A DNA stretch of 64,000 nt from Thalia democratica. Taxonomy: Eukaryota. Below are positions 11,021 through 25,558 of the stretch, piece by piece. The notes beneath the pieces are model-generated. The model had not been told where the DNA came from. It was given only the letters and a program-made list of their open reading frames with translations, and searched no databases. Numbering within the stretch: the stretch's first letter is position 1; the number at the start of each line of letters is the position of its first letter. The stretch lies in assembly GCA_965202585.1 (NCBI GenBank), contig OZ241827.1, forward strand, positions 72,106,001 through 72,170,000, given 5' to 3'. The position numbers were made by a program, and so were the translations under genes.

Positions 11021-12757
11021 ACACAAATGAGTATTGTTAGTATCTTTTAATTGACGATTACTTGATCAATTTCTTAAAAAAACTGTTTATGCTCCAAACG
11101 CGTAGTTACATGAACAAATTTAAATAAATATTACTTAATTCAAAAAGCCATAAAAATAACAGTTTAGAATGTCTGAGTAGTGTTATCGCTTATTTTAAAA
11201 GGAAACAACGATCATCTTTCAAAACAACCCTAAGAAAAGTTCATTGTTTGTTAATGAGAATACTTTTAAATAACGTAAAAATGTCAAAAACGTAATAAAA
11301 AAACTTTGTTTTGATTTATTTTTTGACTTTAAAAGCTACTGAAGCTAAACAAAAAGCTTAAAGTTAAACAGTTTAATAGAAGTTGTTATTTTTTTACAAT
11401 TTAACTATTTCAGTTAGACACTATGTACAAAAAAGTAATATAAAAACAATTAAAGATAAATAAAATAAAAAACACTTATGAGAGTTTTGAACTATTTTAT
11501 AAAATTATTATATTTTTAAATTAAACATAAGTACTGTGAAATCAAAATAGTTGTGAACCAAACTAAGTTAAATTGCAGTAATTAATGGACAAACTATTTT
11601 TTTTTAATTAAAAATTTTGCTGATACCCGTAGACTATTCTCAAAACCTAATTTGATTTAACTAAAAAATTATGAAAATTTATTACTCATGTTTACGTTTC
11701 ATACATGAAACAAGTTTGAACTAAAAAATACCATTTCAATAAATGAAATTATCCATCTTAGCAGCTCTTAATTTTTAATAAAATGTTAACAAAACATAAA
11801 AAATGTCAAATTTTTGGTTGTTAAAACTTTTACATATAAAAATACAATTTTTTTTTAATCGGTATAAATTTTAAGACTTTTTACATGTTTACGTTTAACA
11901 TTTAACTTTAACTTCGTTTTAGTTTTACATTATACTTACTAATAAATTCTTAGTACTTTTTAGACAAATTTTCCGAATAAAATGTTCTGAAAACAGCTCT
12001 AAGTGTATGCAGTTTTACGAATTGTAATTATTAAATAATTTAATGTAGTTTTAAGTAAGTTTATTTCAAATTTTAACTCAGCTAAATTAAAACAACATTG
12101 TTACTAAGTAACTTTATCATAGTCTTGCCATTTTGTTGAAAATTTGTGAAATTTATTTCATTTTACCAAAAAATATTAAACATTTAAATAAAATAATTAA
12201 TATTAATTATTAATACATCTTTACTTTTCAACTGTTCGATAAAGTACTTTTTCAACAAAGTAAAACAATAATTTAATAACTTATTAAGATACTAACTAAA
12301 AGTAACACTTGCATTACAATAACATAACTTATTGCTTATTTATAAACTGATTAGTTTCTAAAAATTCATCCAAGCTTAAAATTAAAATACTTTTCAATAT
12401 ATGTAGCTAGTAGAATATTAAGTTGTCAGTTTAGTGTTTGTTGTAAGAAATGTAATAAAGGGTATGCGTTACTATTTATTCACCTAGTTATATTTAAAAA
12501 AACTACGTTAGCTTATCTAGTAGAATTAATTTATACAAATCGATTTCAGTAAAAATGATTTCTGTTTTAAACTTTATACTGCAATATACGAGTTAAAGTT
12601 CACGAAAATTTTAAAAACAGTTTTTGCTAAAATTCAAATGCTTTAATTTGTTACTAGTCTGTAGTTTACACACATTTTAGTTACAAAAATATATTTAATA
12701 ATATTTTAGCAACATTTCAGGCCTTTTTTTTTGTATCTGTAAAATTTGTTTCTTGTC

Positions 12758-13090
12758 ATGGCGCGAGGGAAAATGGGACCTGCGCGGGGCAAACCACGTG
12801 TTCTCTCAAAAGGAAGAATTCGGAGAATGCAAAGAAAGAAAGGAATATTTCAAACATCAAATGCCACTGATTTAAAAACCAGCGAAGCACCGGAAAAGTT
12901 AGAGCTACGAGGCATAAACAATTCTGTTTTGTATCAAAATAGGTATTGTGACCAGCAAGAATTTGGTGTGATTTAGTGCGGACGTCGGGATACTAAAACT
13001 AAAAGATTTTCTGAGCATGTAGTGGAACTGAAAGGTGAAAATTTAATAAGTTTACCCTCAATGTTGAAAGTTAAACATGCATGCCAGTCT
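12758..13090 (+). pseudogene. Kelch family 5' fragment with promoter-side flank; premature TAG at 12974-12976, truncated at 13090
   Basis: MARGKMGPARGKPRVLSKGRIRRMQRKKG... Homology continues past the stop to HACQS. The 12180-12757 flank matches 1015-1590. Confidence 0.8.
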
Positions 13091-13099
13091 TTAGCTCTA

Positions 13100-15500
13100 G
13101 AACATTCTTAGTTGTAAATGCATTTTGGAGTATTTGAGAAAGAATAAAACAGCGGTAGAAACCGTCAACTCACAAGTTTTAAGAGAATTAAAAAAGTTAA
13201 TGTTATAATAACCAAATCAAATAATAATAAAAATCATACACTACATTGGGTGCTTGAAATTTTTACAAAGAAGCGACGTTGAAAAATTATTTGTTGGTTC
13301 TTTAATTTTGAGAAATATAATAGTACCAAGTTTGTATTTTGAAACCTAAAAAGCAAAGCATTTATCAAAACTTTGATAGAAAAGTTCAACAACTACTAGT
13401 TCTAATTTTGCGCAGTTCGCAGCTTGTTAAAGAAATTGAATTAGATTTCAGCTGGGTCTTGTCAGTGCCTCAGTTGAACTCATTAAAAAATGTGATCTAT
13501 TGTCATATTTGCAAAGATCATTGGAGATGTGTAAAAAGATAAAAATATTTTCATCTTTCTTACAACTGTTCATTTAAGCAGAACCCACGTCAAGAAATCG
13601 CAAACAATTCAAGTAAGATAATAACAAAAAATTTGCTATAAAAGTTGCACTGATTTATAAAAAGTCAAGTATAAATCCTTACTAGGCATTATAATTTTGT
13701 TTTAATTTTGAAAAAAAAAATTATGAATTTGGAAACCAAATTGACAATATATCATAAAGTTTATGGGACTTAAATTTTAATTGTGACTCTACAACAATTG
13801 TTGTAAGTAACAAATTTTATTCATACTTTGAAACTAGGCTGTGCAACAGGTTCACTTTTTTTTTTCTTATTTCTACTCAGTGCATTTTGTGGCTGTCCAG
13901 AATGCTAATGTTGGTAGCAATAGTGAACTTGATGGTTTACACTACCCAGCCATTTTTAACTTAGATAAGTATATGCCACTTTTTTCACCATGGTCTGGTG
14001 TGTTAATGTAAACAAAACAAGAGACACCTACGACTATGTGGAAAACTAGTTGTGGTTATCAACCATTCTGTGTTTTAAACTAAGCGTTATGGGCTTAAAA
14101 GTTTTGTTGAAATGCATGATTCTACTTTAACTACTAGATTTTATGGGCGTGAAATTTTTTTTAGTGGTTACATGCAGGAGTCATTGTCAGTAAGAAAAAG
14201 AAAGATAACAAAAGTTATAAAAGCACGACAATGGATGAACAAGTCTAATGTTTGTTCAGGAAAACCACGACTCCTGCAATAAGACCTAATAAATGTTTGT
14301 AGCTTCTAAAACTACATATAGTTAGGTTAATCAAAAAAGTACATTTGAAAAAATTCTTTGAGCGAAATACGATGACCACAGCTATAGTGCAAACCTAAAA
14401 ACTTCGAAACAATTTTATAATATAAATCAAATCTACAATGACATAAAAGATACGAGATAAATATAACTGGATCAAGTTGACCTAAACTTAAAACATAGAA
14501 GACTGCGGGGGGAAGAATGGTTAGATACGAGATTATAAATCTTCTTTTGCTGAATCATTTACTTGATACTAAGTTTAAAGAAATTTCGGATAAAAAACAA
14601 CGGACCATATAACGCACTCTAACAAAACTTGGCTAGGGAAGTTTTTACAACTACTAGATTAAAATTCGTGCAAAGCATATAAAGAAAAAAAGTAGTCTTT
14701 CGTACATGCCACTTAGTGTTTAATGATATGATTTAAAGACTTGCAAAAAAAAAAACAATTTTCTGAGTAGTAGATCATTTAATTACTTTTTTTTAAAGAA
14801 AGTACAATAAGTTTAATTTCAAACCTTTGTACAAAATGCGTAAAAATGAAATACTGCTATTGTCTTATTTAATATTGCACTAAATAAAACTTGACTTGAA
14901 GATGAGCTTAAATATAACAACAGTTTAAATCACCGGTTTAAAATACTTTGATAGAAAACTGCATGCAGTTTGCAGTGCTTATGGAAGAATGCAAGTCCGC
15001 AGGCTTTCATCTGAAAAGTTTAAAAAAACATGTTTTGTTGGTGGTGAGTTTATTTTTATCGGGTTTTAATCAAAACTCTATGTAGTTTTAAAATCTTTTG
15101 TATAATAACAAATGAACTGAGTAACCTAAATACATACGAAGTTGCAATTTAATTTTGGAGTACTTGAGAAAGAGTGCAACAGCAGTAGAAGTAATCAACA
15201 AGTTTCAAGAGAATTGAAAAAAGTTAATGCTGTTAATAATGATCGAATGCAATAAAAACATACAACGCATAGAGTGTAGGAAATTTATATATAGAAGCAA
15301 CTTTGAAAAATTATTTGTTGATTCTTTAAATTATGAGAAGTATAGTAGTACTAAAATAGTAGTTTTGAAACTTAAAAAGCATCTATTGAAACTTGGCTAT
15401 GGAAGTTTAACAACTTCTATTGTAGTACTACTAAAAATTAAACTAAATATTAAGATAGTTTTCTACAAGTTGTTCAAAATTTATTATTGTTATTATGAGA
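13100..15500 (+). repeat. Degenerate repeat block with an internal duplication (13110-13400 resembles 15130-15400); duplicate at ~44035-46435
   Basis: Shared TTTTGGAGTA(T/C)TTGAGAAAGA..CAAGTTT(T/C)AAGAGAATT.. segment. No diagnostic protein motif recognised. Confidence 0.4.
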
Positions 15501-16749
15501 TACTTTTATAGCAATTGCTAATAAAAAGAAGGATAAAATATATTTTTTGTGAAATCTTTTGTACTTGCTTTTTGTATTTGCACTTTAGAAAAAACCTATT
15601 GAGCTCTCTAACTTTGATTGGTTGTAGCTTCAAAATCACTTTTAATCACAAAAATTTGTTAATACTAATTGATAGCTTAAAAATTGTAAAAATTAGACTA
15701 AATTTTCAATAAAACCATTTACCCCCTCTTCTATACCATTAATGAAATTTTATTTAAATTAATATGAATCAAAAGTTTATCCATTTCTGAATGGAGATAA
15801 TCACTCATACAAATCTTATTTCAAATGATTATTTTGAAAATAAAATAATCAAAACCTCTGAAATGACATCTTTTATTACATTGTCTCTCAAAACATAAAC
15901 AAACATTAATATCAACTTGAAAGTATATGATAATGAATATTTTTCTACATCACAAAAGAGAACTTTTCTTGAAATTTTAACAGCACCAACCAACACAAAC
16001 TGTTTATCACACTTTTATTCATATACCAGAAAAACATCACCCATAACTAGGATACACACACCTTTATCGCATTCTTCTTCAGCCAACTGGCCCAGTCTAA
16101 GTTACCATCCTTCTTTACATAACAATACTGACATATTCAAAGATTTATCTTTATTTTATTTTTCTTTAACCAACTAAGACTCTTTATTAGATATTAAAAA
16201 GTTATATAGCAAACATAAGCTAGGCTACAAAAAACCAGTTAAAATAATTATAAATAATAAATTTTAAAAATTACAAGACCAGCAGATAACAAGTTGCTAC
16301 TTCAAGGTAGACCAGTATAACAAAATCTACTATGGATCATGTTGTTGGACTATGTTACCAGGATGGACAGGTTCGCATTCCAATAATATATCTTTAATTT
16401 CCTTAGAAAATGATGTCATTACGAAAAAGATCCAAAGACTCAGATAGAATTAGTTTCCCACTATCTATAAGAAAGAACAAATCTAAATGTAATAGTCGCT
16501 ATTAATGTTTGACTATATCTTTATGAACACAATTCTGGTGCATTTTATGGAGTACCAAATAATTCTTGCAGATGCTATAGTATTGAAAACAAAAAAAAAA
16601 GTTGCAAAAAACAAAAATATGAAAAACGTAGAAATATACCATCAGTTTCACCAACATTTCAAATCTAAACACACAGTATCAAACATTAAAAATTTATTAA
16701 AATCTTAAACTCATCTAGAAACAACTGCAGTAGGTAGAAGGAGTATTCT

Positions 16750-17990
16750 ACATGTAATATTAAGTAATGTAACTAGTAATGATACTCATATGCATTTCAA
16801 TATCATTCAAAGAAATAAACGTGGAGCGATAAAAGAGAAACAATTTGTAAATGCAAAGTATCAAATGAATAAGAAAGATGACTCGTGGAAGAAAAAAATG
16901 TTGCAGATCTTGATGACAGCTTTAAAATGGCTAATGTAAGTATATCCAAGTAATTTGCGTTGTGTATAGTTTTTGTATCAACAGGTTGTACCTGGATGGA
17001 TACAAAGCTATGACCGACAGAACTTCATGATGATAATCTACAGCGAGCGGCTGATGAAAATAGCTATTGAGAAAATAAAAGAGTGTCCACTTGTTTCTTT
17101 ACATGTCAACACAACTGGCAACATTTTTAAGAAGTTAAATAGAAAGGAAGTGTACCTTACTTCATGCATTTTCCGAGGTTCGTTAAACCTTGTTTTTCTT
17201 TTGGTTTAGTAAGCTAATATAAAATTTTAGGAAAAGATGAACGGTGAAAGAAGTTGGCACTAGAAAAATCACCAACTTCTTGTACTGGCTGACACATGGT
17301 CTTTGCGCACAACTACAGAAGATTACAGGCACTTCTTAGCAAAGATTAACACTTAAGATGTTCTGGACATATAAAATCGTTGTTGGCTATAAAACATATT
17401 ATTGAAATATAAATGTTTTAAAACAGATAAAGTCACGTAGAATGGGACTTCTCGTTATCACTATTAAATGGAATCTTCCCTGTGATTAACGAGGTGTCAT
17501 TGCAGCTTTGTATCCAGATGTGCTACGAAGCCATGACAGCAGAATGTCAGTTGAAAAAGATAAAATAAGAAAACATAATTTTGTTAAATATGTATAATTG
17601 TGTTGTTTTAAAAGTATAAGCTCCGCTATGAAAGTGCTACAAAAGTCAACCAGATGTGAAGTATACATTTGTAGTAACCATAACATGCAATCCTTCAAAA
17701 TGCCTGATTATTTGTTTAAAATTAGTCATAATGCACTTAAAATGGCATTAACCTTCGGGTTTTTTGAGGATATAAACTTTTAAATGAAAAAAAAAGAATA
17801 ATTTATATGTATGCTTTCTGCAGGATGATGACCAGCACAAGCTATGAATACATCAAGCTTATATACTACCATCTAGCAGTTTTGTCCTTCAATGAATGTT
17901 TGTTTTTTTAATAATTCAAGCCTCTATGAAAATTTGTTATGAAAGTGAGGAGTAATAAGAACACTAATAGCAGAAAGGTAGTTATGAAAT
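16750..17990 (+). mobile_element. Degenerate, intron-containing Mutator-like (DDE) transposase remnant
   Basis: LHV(N/D)TTG, a degenerate D-F-x-x block, CSNH (CxxH, 17670-17681), followed by RMMTSTSYEYIKLIYYHLAVL; many stops and frameshifts. Confidence 0.6.
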
Positions 17991-17991
17991 A

Positions 17992-18669
17992 TTAAAAAGT
18001 CACGACAATCTTACCTTGAAAAACCGCCGAGGCAGCTTTTGTCCTCACCCGTTTCATTGACGCTTTGTTTATCCATTGTTTACTTTTCGGGTCAAAACAC
18101 AAACAATCGTTCAAGTAAATAGGAGTTCTGACGCGTCTGTAGTTTTCTGATCTTCCAGCCCCATGAATCACACCACTGATGAAAAATAATTGTTGCATAA
18201 ACGAACAAAGGGTAAAGTACTTCTTATGGTAAGGAATAGATGTCAGTTTTTTCCATTTGTTGCTAGAAAGAACATCAATAGAAGGATCAGAGTCAAAATT
18301 TTGATCATCTGTTTTATTATAAACATTTGATCCAATTACTGCAGACTGGCATGCATGTTTTACTTTCAACATTGAAGGCAAACTTATTAATTTTTCACCT
18401 TTCAATTCCATTACATGCTTAAAAAGTCTATTACTTTTAGCATTCTGACGTCCGCACAAAACCACACCAAATTCTTGCTGGTCGCAATACCTGTTTTGAT
18501 ACAAAACAGAAATATCCCTACCTAGAAGCTTCAACTTTTTCGGTTCTTTTTCTAAATCAGTGGTAGTTGGTGCTTGAATTATTCCTTTCTTTCTTTGCAT
18601 TCTCCTTATTCTTCCTTTTGAGTAAACAGGTTTCAACCTACTCCGCAAAGGTCCTTTCCCTCGCACCAT
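17992..18669 (-). pseudogene. Kelch family 5' half (225 aa), uninterrupted but truncated at GKIVVT against transposase remnants
   Basis: ORF track translation is colinear with K3 up to AASAVFQGKIVVT. The adjacent sequence at 17950-17990 matches the repeat at ~50130-50180. Confidence 0.8.
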
Positions 18670-21038
18670 GACAAAAAATTAATTTTACAGATACAAACGG
18701 CCTGAAAAAGATTTGTTGAAATACTATTAAATTATTATACTTCTTTAATTAAAAATCTTTGAAGACAAATAACACTTTTAAATATTTTAAGTTTAAGTTA
18801 ACAAAGATTTCATTTTTTGTACTCAAGTAGTTTAGTTTTTTGTTTGTTATATTGTAACAATTGAAACGAAAATGAATTGTACTACAAGTTATATGTCAAT
18901 ATCAAGTGTACCTAAATAAAGCTTACTTGGTAATCTAAAAATGTAGTTAAGTGATGAACTAATAAGTTATAATATTTATTCTGTTTCACAACTTAAACAA
19001 CAAACCAAAAACTTAATATTTAATTAGCTAGAAATATCCATTGAAGATATATTGTTTTTAAAATTAGATGACAAATTTTTAAAATTAACGAAACCAAACA
19101 ACCAGCTAAAATTTGGTAATGTGTCATAAATGTTGCATTCAATTAGTTTCTAGATAAGCTTATAGTTTTAATTTGTGAAAACATTGTTTTCTTGTACAAT
19201 TGATAGATTATAGTTGTATAAATAGTAATTATCAAAAACGTTTATATCGTTAATGTTTAACCATGTTCAATAAAATAAAATTTCACATAATTAGAACAAA
19301 TGGTACTTTTATAATAAAGTTAGTTAGTAACACTAAAAAAAAACATGTGCAGCTATTTACTGATTGCATTTCGTTCACAAAATTTGTCTGAAATGATTTA
19401 GTGGATATTAGTAAGTAAAAAGTTTTGACCAGTGTTGCGAAAATTAGATAATTAGAAATAAGTTATCAGATATATATTACAAATTTCACTGTTAAATGAA
19501 AAGTCGTTTTAAATTGTAGCATACATAATTCATACTCTGTTTTATAACGTTTAGGTATAGCTTTGTGAAAAACAAACTTAATTTAAAAATCTAATACATT
19601 AAACCAATTAAGTGATACAATTTTTAAAACTACTTTTAAATACATTTGTCCTTTATTTTTGTTTAACAATCATATGCCACTACAGTTGTAAAACTAAAAC
19701 GTAGAACTAACAAAAAAATTTAGCATGAAAAACTCAAAAAATTTAATTTTTCTAGATATTAATTTTGTATGTAAAGATTTTATTAATTTAGAAAAAAAAG
19801 AATCTTGCTTTAATGTTTCATTAAACTTTTATTTAAAAAATCAGCACTACAATGAAACAAATCAACAAAACAGGAGTGAAATCTTGATTCAAAGAACTTG
19901 TGCCATTCATTTTTACTTTAAGCTGAAACAAAAGCGAATTAATGCTGTTTATTTGGCTGTATTAAAATTATGTCAACCAAAGCAAACACTAAAGAAATAA
20001 ATAATACAAAAAGTGCGATAGTTGCGATAAGAAACAATACAAATTGTGAACCAATTTACACAAAACTAAATTATAGAATGAGTAGTCTTTATTTAATAAT
20101 TCATGGTATAAATGATATTTAAAAGTTGTAAGATTGATGTATCAGCGTCTTCACTTAACAAAAGTATATGAAAAAAATAAGTTTAAATAAAGAAAAATAT
20201 ACACAAGTACAAAAACTAGTGTTTGTAAAAAATCTTTATATATGGTCAGAAAACGCAATAGAACAATTGCAAACATACTGAATATGACTTAATTGTTAAG
20301 GTTTCAAAAGAACATAACTAAATAAGTTCAATGACAGTTACTGTTTAAATAAGTGAGTATAATATCATTACTGCTATAATTGCTGTTTTCTGTCGAAAAT
20401 TAATTATTTTTAGCTTTATTTAAAAATGCTTCTAAATAAAGAAAACAAAATCATTCAGATATTTTTAAATTAGATGAAATTCATTAGTTGAAAATTACAT
20501 TTCTCATGAAAATAAATAAATGATTGAAACATTTTACTCTTTATTATAAAAGTAATTTTTAAGTTTTCTTGCATATTACTGAGAAAAACGTTTTTACAAC
20601 TTTGAAAAACTTAACTACAACTAAAAGTAAAAATGTCAGAATATAAAAACCACGATTTGAGAAATTAGAACTCATAAAAATCTTCAGTTTTATGTTCAAA
20701 CATGTAAAGCATCTCGCAAAAAGAATGCGATCTGCCAATTAATACTATTTATTTTATAAATTTAACAAATTTTCACTGCAAATATCTTTTTTATCACCTT
20801 TAAGTTTTTGAAATTTCAAATGGACAAAACTTTAAAGATCTTTTTTTATCTTGCAAGTTGTAAGAAAGTACTTTTACGAAAAGTAGTCGAGAAATTTGGT
20901 TTTTACGCTGACATAAAATTTTTGCCTCAACAACATTTAGTAAAACTTAAGCGTTATCAAGTCGTTTGAAATTTGGTTGAAACAAAGCACCGCATTAAAG
21001 AAGTTTTTGAATAAAATTTAAAAACTACTACACTATGC

Positions 21039-22550
21039 CAGGGGCGTGTCTAGAATTTTTTTTAAGGGGGTTCACAATTATTTTTTGGTTCTTAATTTCC
21101 GCTTAAGTACGCATTTTTTAGGTATGCACTGTCAGTTAAGTACGCAATATTTAGCCGAAAAAATGTTTTTTTCTGCTTAGAAAAAAAAAAAAAAATATAA
21201 GTTGTAATGGGAAGATATTATATGTTTTTATTTATTTTACTGTACTAAATTTAGATAATTTAAAACTAAATATACTTATAATAAAAATTTTTTATAAGTA
21301 ATTTAAACTATAAATATTTAAATTTTACTAAAAAATGGTTAATTACCTAGGATGATGTCACACCAATATCAAGCTGAATTTATATTAAATTCAATGTTGT
21401 TTTTTACCATAACTATAGGCTTAAAACTTATATTTTATAAATACATAAATAAAACTTATTTATTATTAACCAATAAATCTTAAATATTTAACTCCTTTTC
21501 ATTTTAAAACAAAGTAAATGATACATAACTTATATACATTCATTACTATACTGTAAAATAAAATCAATTAAGTGTTTTAGTTTATAACAAATGAATTTAA
21601 TTCTAACTATTCATATAGCTTCTTTAAAACGAAGTATAATTTTAGATCAAACATACAAGGCTTAAAATATTGATTTTAAGCCAAAAATCATGGTTCAAAA
21701 AGATATTAAACACAATATAATTTCAGCTTGATATTGGTGCGACATCATCTTAGGTAATTACCAAAAAATGTTTAGACTTTTACAACTTAATTAAAATATC
21801 TTTAAATTATAATTAAATGTTTGCCTGATGGTGCAGGAATTCTAATAAAGATTTTGAAATCTCTCTGAGTTAAAAATTTCAAAAATTCAAGAACAAAATT
21901 TGTGGCTAACACATATACAAAAATAAAACAATTTAAATAAAAAAATATTAAAATAGCAATAAATGATAAAAGAATAAATTGACAGGTCTAAAGATAATTT
22001 TGAAAACTCTATAAATTGAATTTTTCAAGGTTTAAACCCAGTTGGTTGACACATAAACAAAAAATATAAATTTTAAAGTACAAAAGCTCCACACAACATA
22101 ATTATATACAAACAAATAAGTAAACTAAAATCTTAGTTGATTATATTGTATTTTTTTTTAAGTAAAATTGTACTTACTAGTTCAAAAACAATACTGAATT
22201 AAAAGTTATTTACACTAATTAACAGTTTTTAGTGGGAACTAAGAGCATCATAGTAAAAAGTTTCCTAGAAAGAAAATGCTACTTTAAAACTTTTACCTAT
22301 TATGATGTCACAATTGAAATTTTATTTAAAATCTATTTCAGCTGGGCAAAAAACAGCATTTTTGTTAAGGAAACTTTTTTATCTTTCAGTGTTATAAATT
22401 CAACATTCATTATTCAAAGTTTATAAAATAACCAAAACGAATTCACTAAACAACGTTTTTAATGATATTCTAAGATTTTTTTTCTTTTTTCTTTTCTTTT
22501 TTTTTCATGGGGTTCACAGGAAACAGGAAACCAGTCAAAACACGCCCCTG
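21039..22550. mobile_element. Non-autonomous hAT element, 1512 bp
   Basis: TIR CAGGGGCGTGT / ACACGCCCCTG; exact 8-bp TSD CACTATGC (21031-21038, 22551-22558). A lone similar end lies near 25217. Confidence 0.9.
21340..21760. mobile_element. TIR MITE nested within the 21039 hAT element
   Basis: ~47-bp inverted termini TAATTACCTA(G/A)GATGATGTC(A/G)CACCAATATCAAGCTGAA; superfamily and TSD ambiguous. Confidence 0.8.
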
Positions 22551-25500
22551 CACTATGCTTTACTAATTTAGCTGAACTTACATTATCTAAGTTTAGCTTG
22601 AGTAGTTTTGATACAAATAAAGTAGTATAAATCAGATATTGTTTAAGTTAAAAATCTATACGTAACAATTAAGAATACCCTTTATAAATGTAAATTTTGC
22701 AAATAACCAGTAATTATAAGCAACTATTAAAAAAGTATAGTTTTGTTTTTTTAAGTATTTGTAAAACTTTACTGTACCGCTATATATTTAATAACTTACA
22801 TATATTAAAATTCTTGAAGTATTTTATTTATTTAACAAACATTTATTCAGTAATCAATACTATTAAATTAAAGTATAAGTATATAGTGAAGACATTCAAA
22901 AAGTAAATTTCAACTATTAAGTTTAGTAAAAAAATATGTTGTAGTTCTAAAAAAACTGCTGTTACAAATACTTTAAACTTTTCTTCTGTTTAAGAAAAAT
23001 AGATACGTTTAAAACTTTTTGAAAATTGAACCTAACGATTTTCTTGTTTCTTACATGAGTATTACTACTCAAAGTACAACTAAATACAAAATATAAACTA
23101 CTAGTTTGAAAGAATGATGCTACAATCTACTTATTTTTAATAAACTCTTAAAATTGTCTCATTGATATTTATTTTAGTTTATAATTTTTATTGCATCATA
23201 ACTAAATTCTTTCGAGCTACAACTGAACTATAAATAAACTTTGAATTAGAGAGACTAAAGAGAGTGTCTGTTATATCTGAAAAGAACAATTTATGCTAGT
23301 TTGTACTAATAAAATTTTTTATCTTTAAACTAGGATTTTTAGTTTATAGCTTTATGCAAACAAAAGTATAAAAACTTTATAATAACTGTTAAAATTTAAA
23401 AGAAAGCTAGCTAAAGTCTAAGTTTGAATAGCATTACAATTTAAGTGGAAATACAATAAAAGTTTCCTAAGACTAAGTACCAAACAACATGATTTCTTTA
23501 AACTTTAAAAACATTAAAGTAACTTGAAAGAAGTTTAATTTTTAAAGACAAAAATTGTTTTAGCGGATATTTTTCGGTTAAAGTTTAAATTATTGTGTAA
23601 AAGCAGCCTCTTTCTGATTTTTCCTCAACTATAAATTCATAAGGAAAAATTTTCAATTCTTTTATTTTGATTTTAAGTAAAACACTTTAGGGAGTTTAAA
23701 ACGAGATTAATGCTTGATATAAAGATAAAAATGTTTAAATTCTGAAGTTGCTATTCCAACTGTATAGTTTAATTTAATCTTAGTTTTGTAAATTTTAAGT
23801 TACAGATAGTTTTTAATATTTAATTTGATATTAAAAAAGTTCTAAAATTTAAGATAGGTTTTGGCTTTCATAATTAGTGAAACTTATACTTAAAAATTTG
23901 AGATTTAATGAAAAAAATATCTATTTAAACTGGTAATTTTTAGTTAAAATTTTATTTAGTTGATAAAATTTAAACATCTGTATAAAATATTAATATATGT
24001 TTTTACTTAATTAAGTTCAATATCAAGACTGTTTTAAGTGTATAAATAAACCTATAACAAACTTTTAATTGAACAATTTAAATATTTTTACAATTAATTC
24101 TCGTTTAACTTAGTTAGTTAACTTTTTTAATTGAAAAATAATAATTAATACTATTCTACTAAACCTCTCCAGAATTAAAAACAAGTTTTAAACTATATTC
24201 CGTTTATTTTTGCATATCGTATTTAATTAAATTACTTTTGACGTAAAAATAACAATTGCATCTAAGGATTTTTACTTTTTAAACAAAAAATAAACTATAA
24301 AAACAAAAACCCTATTATTAGTTTAAACATAACTCAATTTGTTTATTTTTTTCGAAGTTTTATTAGTTTTAATGTATTAGGAATTTGTTTTACGAAATTA
24401 ATTCAAACTGAGAAAACTCTCTAGTATTTATCATCATTACAGTTATCAAAAACTTCTTAACACAAAAACAGTGCAATAGACTGTTTTTTCAGGGTTGTTT
24501 TAAAACATTTTTCTTGTTTCATTTAGAAACGTTTGGTAAATAAAACGTAACTGTAATTTTAAATATTTATGAAGTTTTTTATTAATTAAATTATCGGGAC
24601 GGGTCAGATTTGCACGAAGGGTCAATTTTGCTTTGAGTCACTTTTGCACGGAGTCATTTTTATACGGTTGAATTGTTCAAATTAATTGCCTTAAAGGTTT
24701 TGCCAAATCACCCATGAAGCAAATTGTGCGAACAATTATTGAAACAATCAAATATCAAACAAATGTATATAAAATAAATAAGTTTTGTTCAAATATATTA
24801 AATAAGATTCATTTGAGCACTGAAGAGGTCTTTGACCGAAACTTAGTTTGAATAATAGATTCTTAAAAGAATAAATTCACAGTATATATTATTGTAAATT
24901 TGAATCAAAGTAAAATTGGTTTTGAACTTTTAATTAAGGTCATTTAAAAAAAATGTATACAACCATTTAATACATCACTTTTATAAATCTACAATCTTTT
25001 AATTCATAAATTGTGTTAACACAAAAGTTTCAAACTACCATCTGGTTTTTCAGTGTAGTAAAAAACGTCCTGTAAATTTTTGATAAACACATAAAAAATT
25101 ATTAAAGTTTATGTAAGGTGGTATTACGTTTATGGTGCTAGATTAAAACTATTCTTTTAAGCTAAACAAAATCTTTTGTAACATTAAATGTATTGTTGAG
25201 AAAAGAACACACGCTAGCAGGGGTGTGTCTAGGCATTTTTAAAATAGGTAAAATCTATTTTATTTTATAAAAAAAGAATAAACATTTAATATAATTGTCA
25301 ATATTAGTTATTAATTCGTCTTGAATTTTCTATTGTTCGATAAAATACTTTTCAACAAAGTAAAACTATAATTCAATAACTTATAAAGAGACTAACTAAA
25401 AACAAAAGTTGTAATACAATGACCTATTTTATTGCTTATTCTTAAATTGTTTATTTAGTTTTAAAAAATTCATCTAAGTTATTAATGTATTTTTCATGAA

Positions 25501-25558
25501 TGTATGTAAATAGTAAAATATTAAGTTGTTAGGTGATTGTTTGTTGTATGATATATAA

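Larger units (their letters stand above)
1..16753 (+). repeat. Segmental duplication, copy 1 (left end outside the window)
   Basis: Position 1 matches 30927; all ORFs and MITEs recur at offset 30925-30935. Near-identity ends at about 16753/47679. Confidence 0.95.

Noticed and set aside
9964-18669. One minus-strand kelch gene (5' half 17992-18669, 3' half 9964-10509) split by a 7.5-kb Pack-MULE-like insertion
   Set aside because: No TIR or TSD at either junction and ~54 codons are missing. Copy 2 has the 3' half without the 5' half, and the duplication boundary at ~16753 lies between the halves, so the adjacency is probably secondary.
18730-23500. Short AT-rich ORFs here and at 3721, 15227, 15515, 16505, 28901, 39458, 54551, 55415 and similar
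   Set aside because: K/I/F/L/N-biased translations typical of random AT-rich or MITE sequence; no motifs or splice context.
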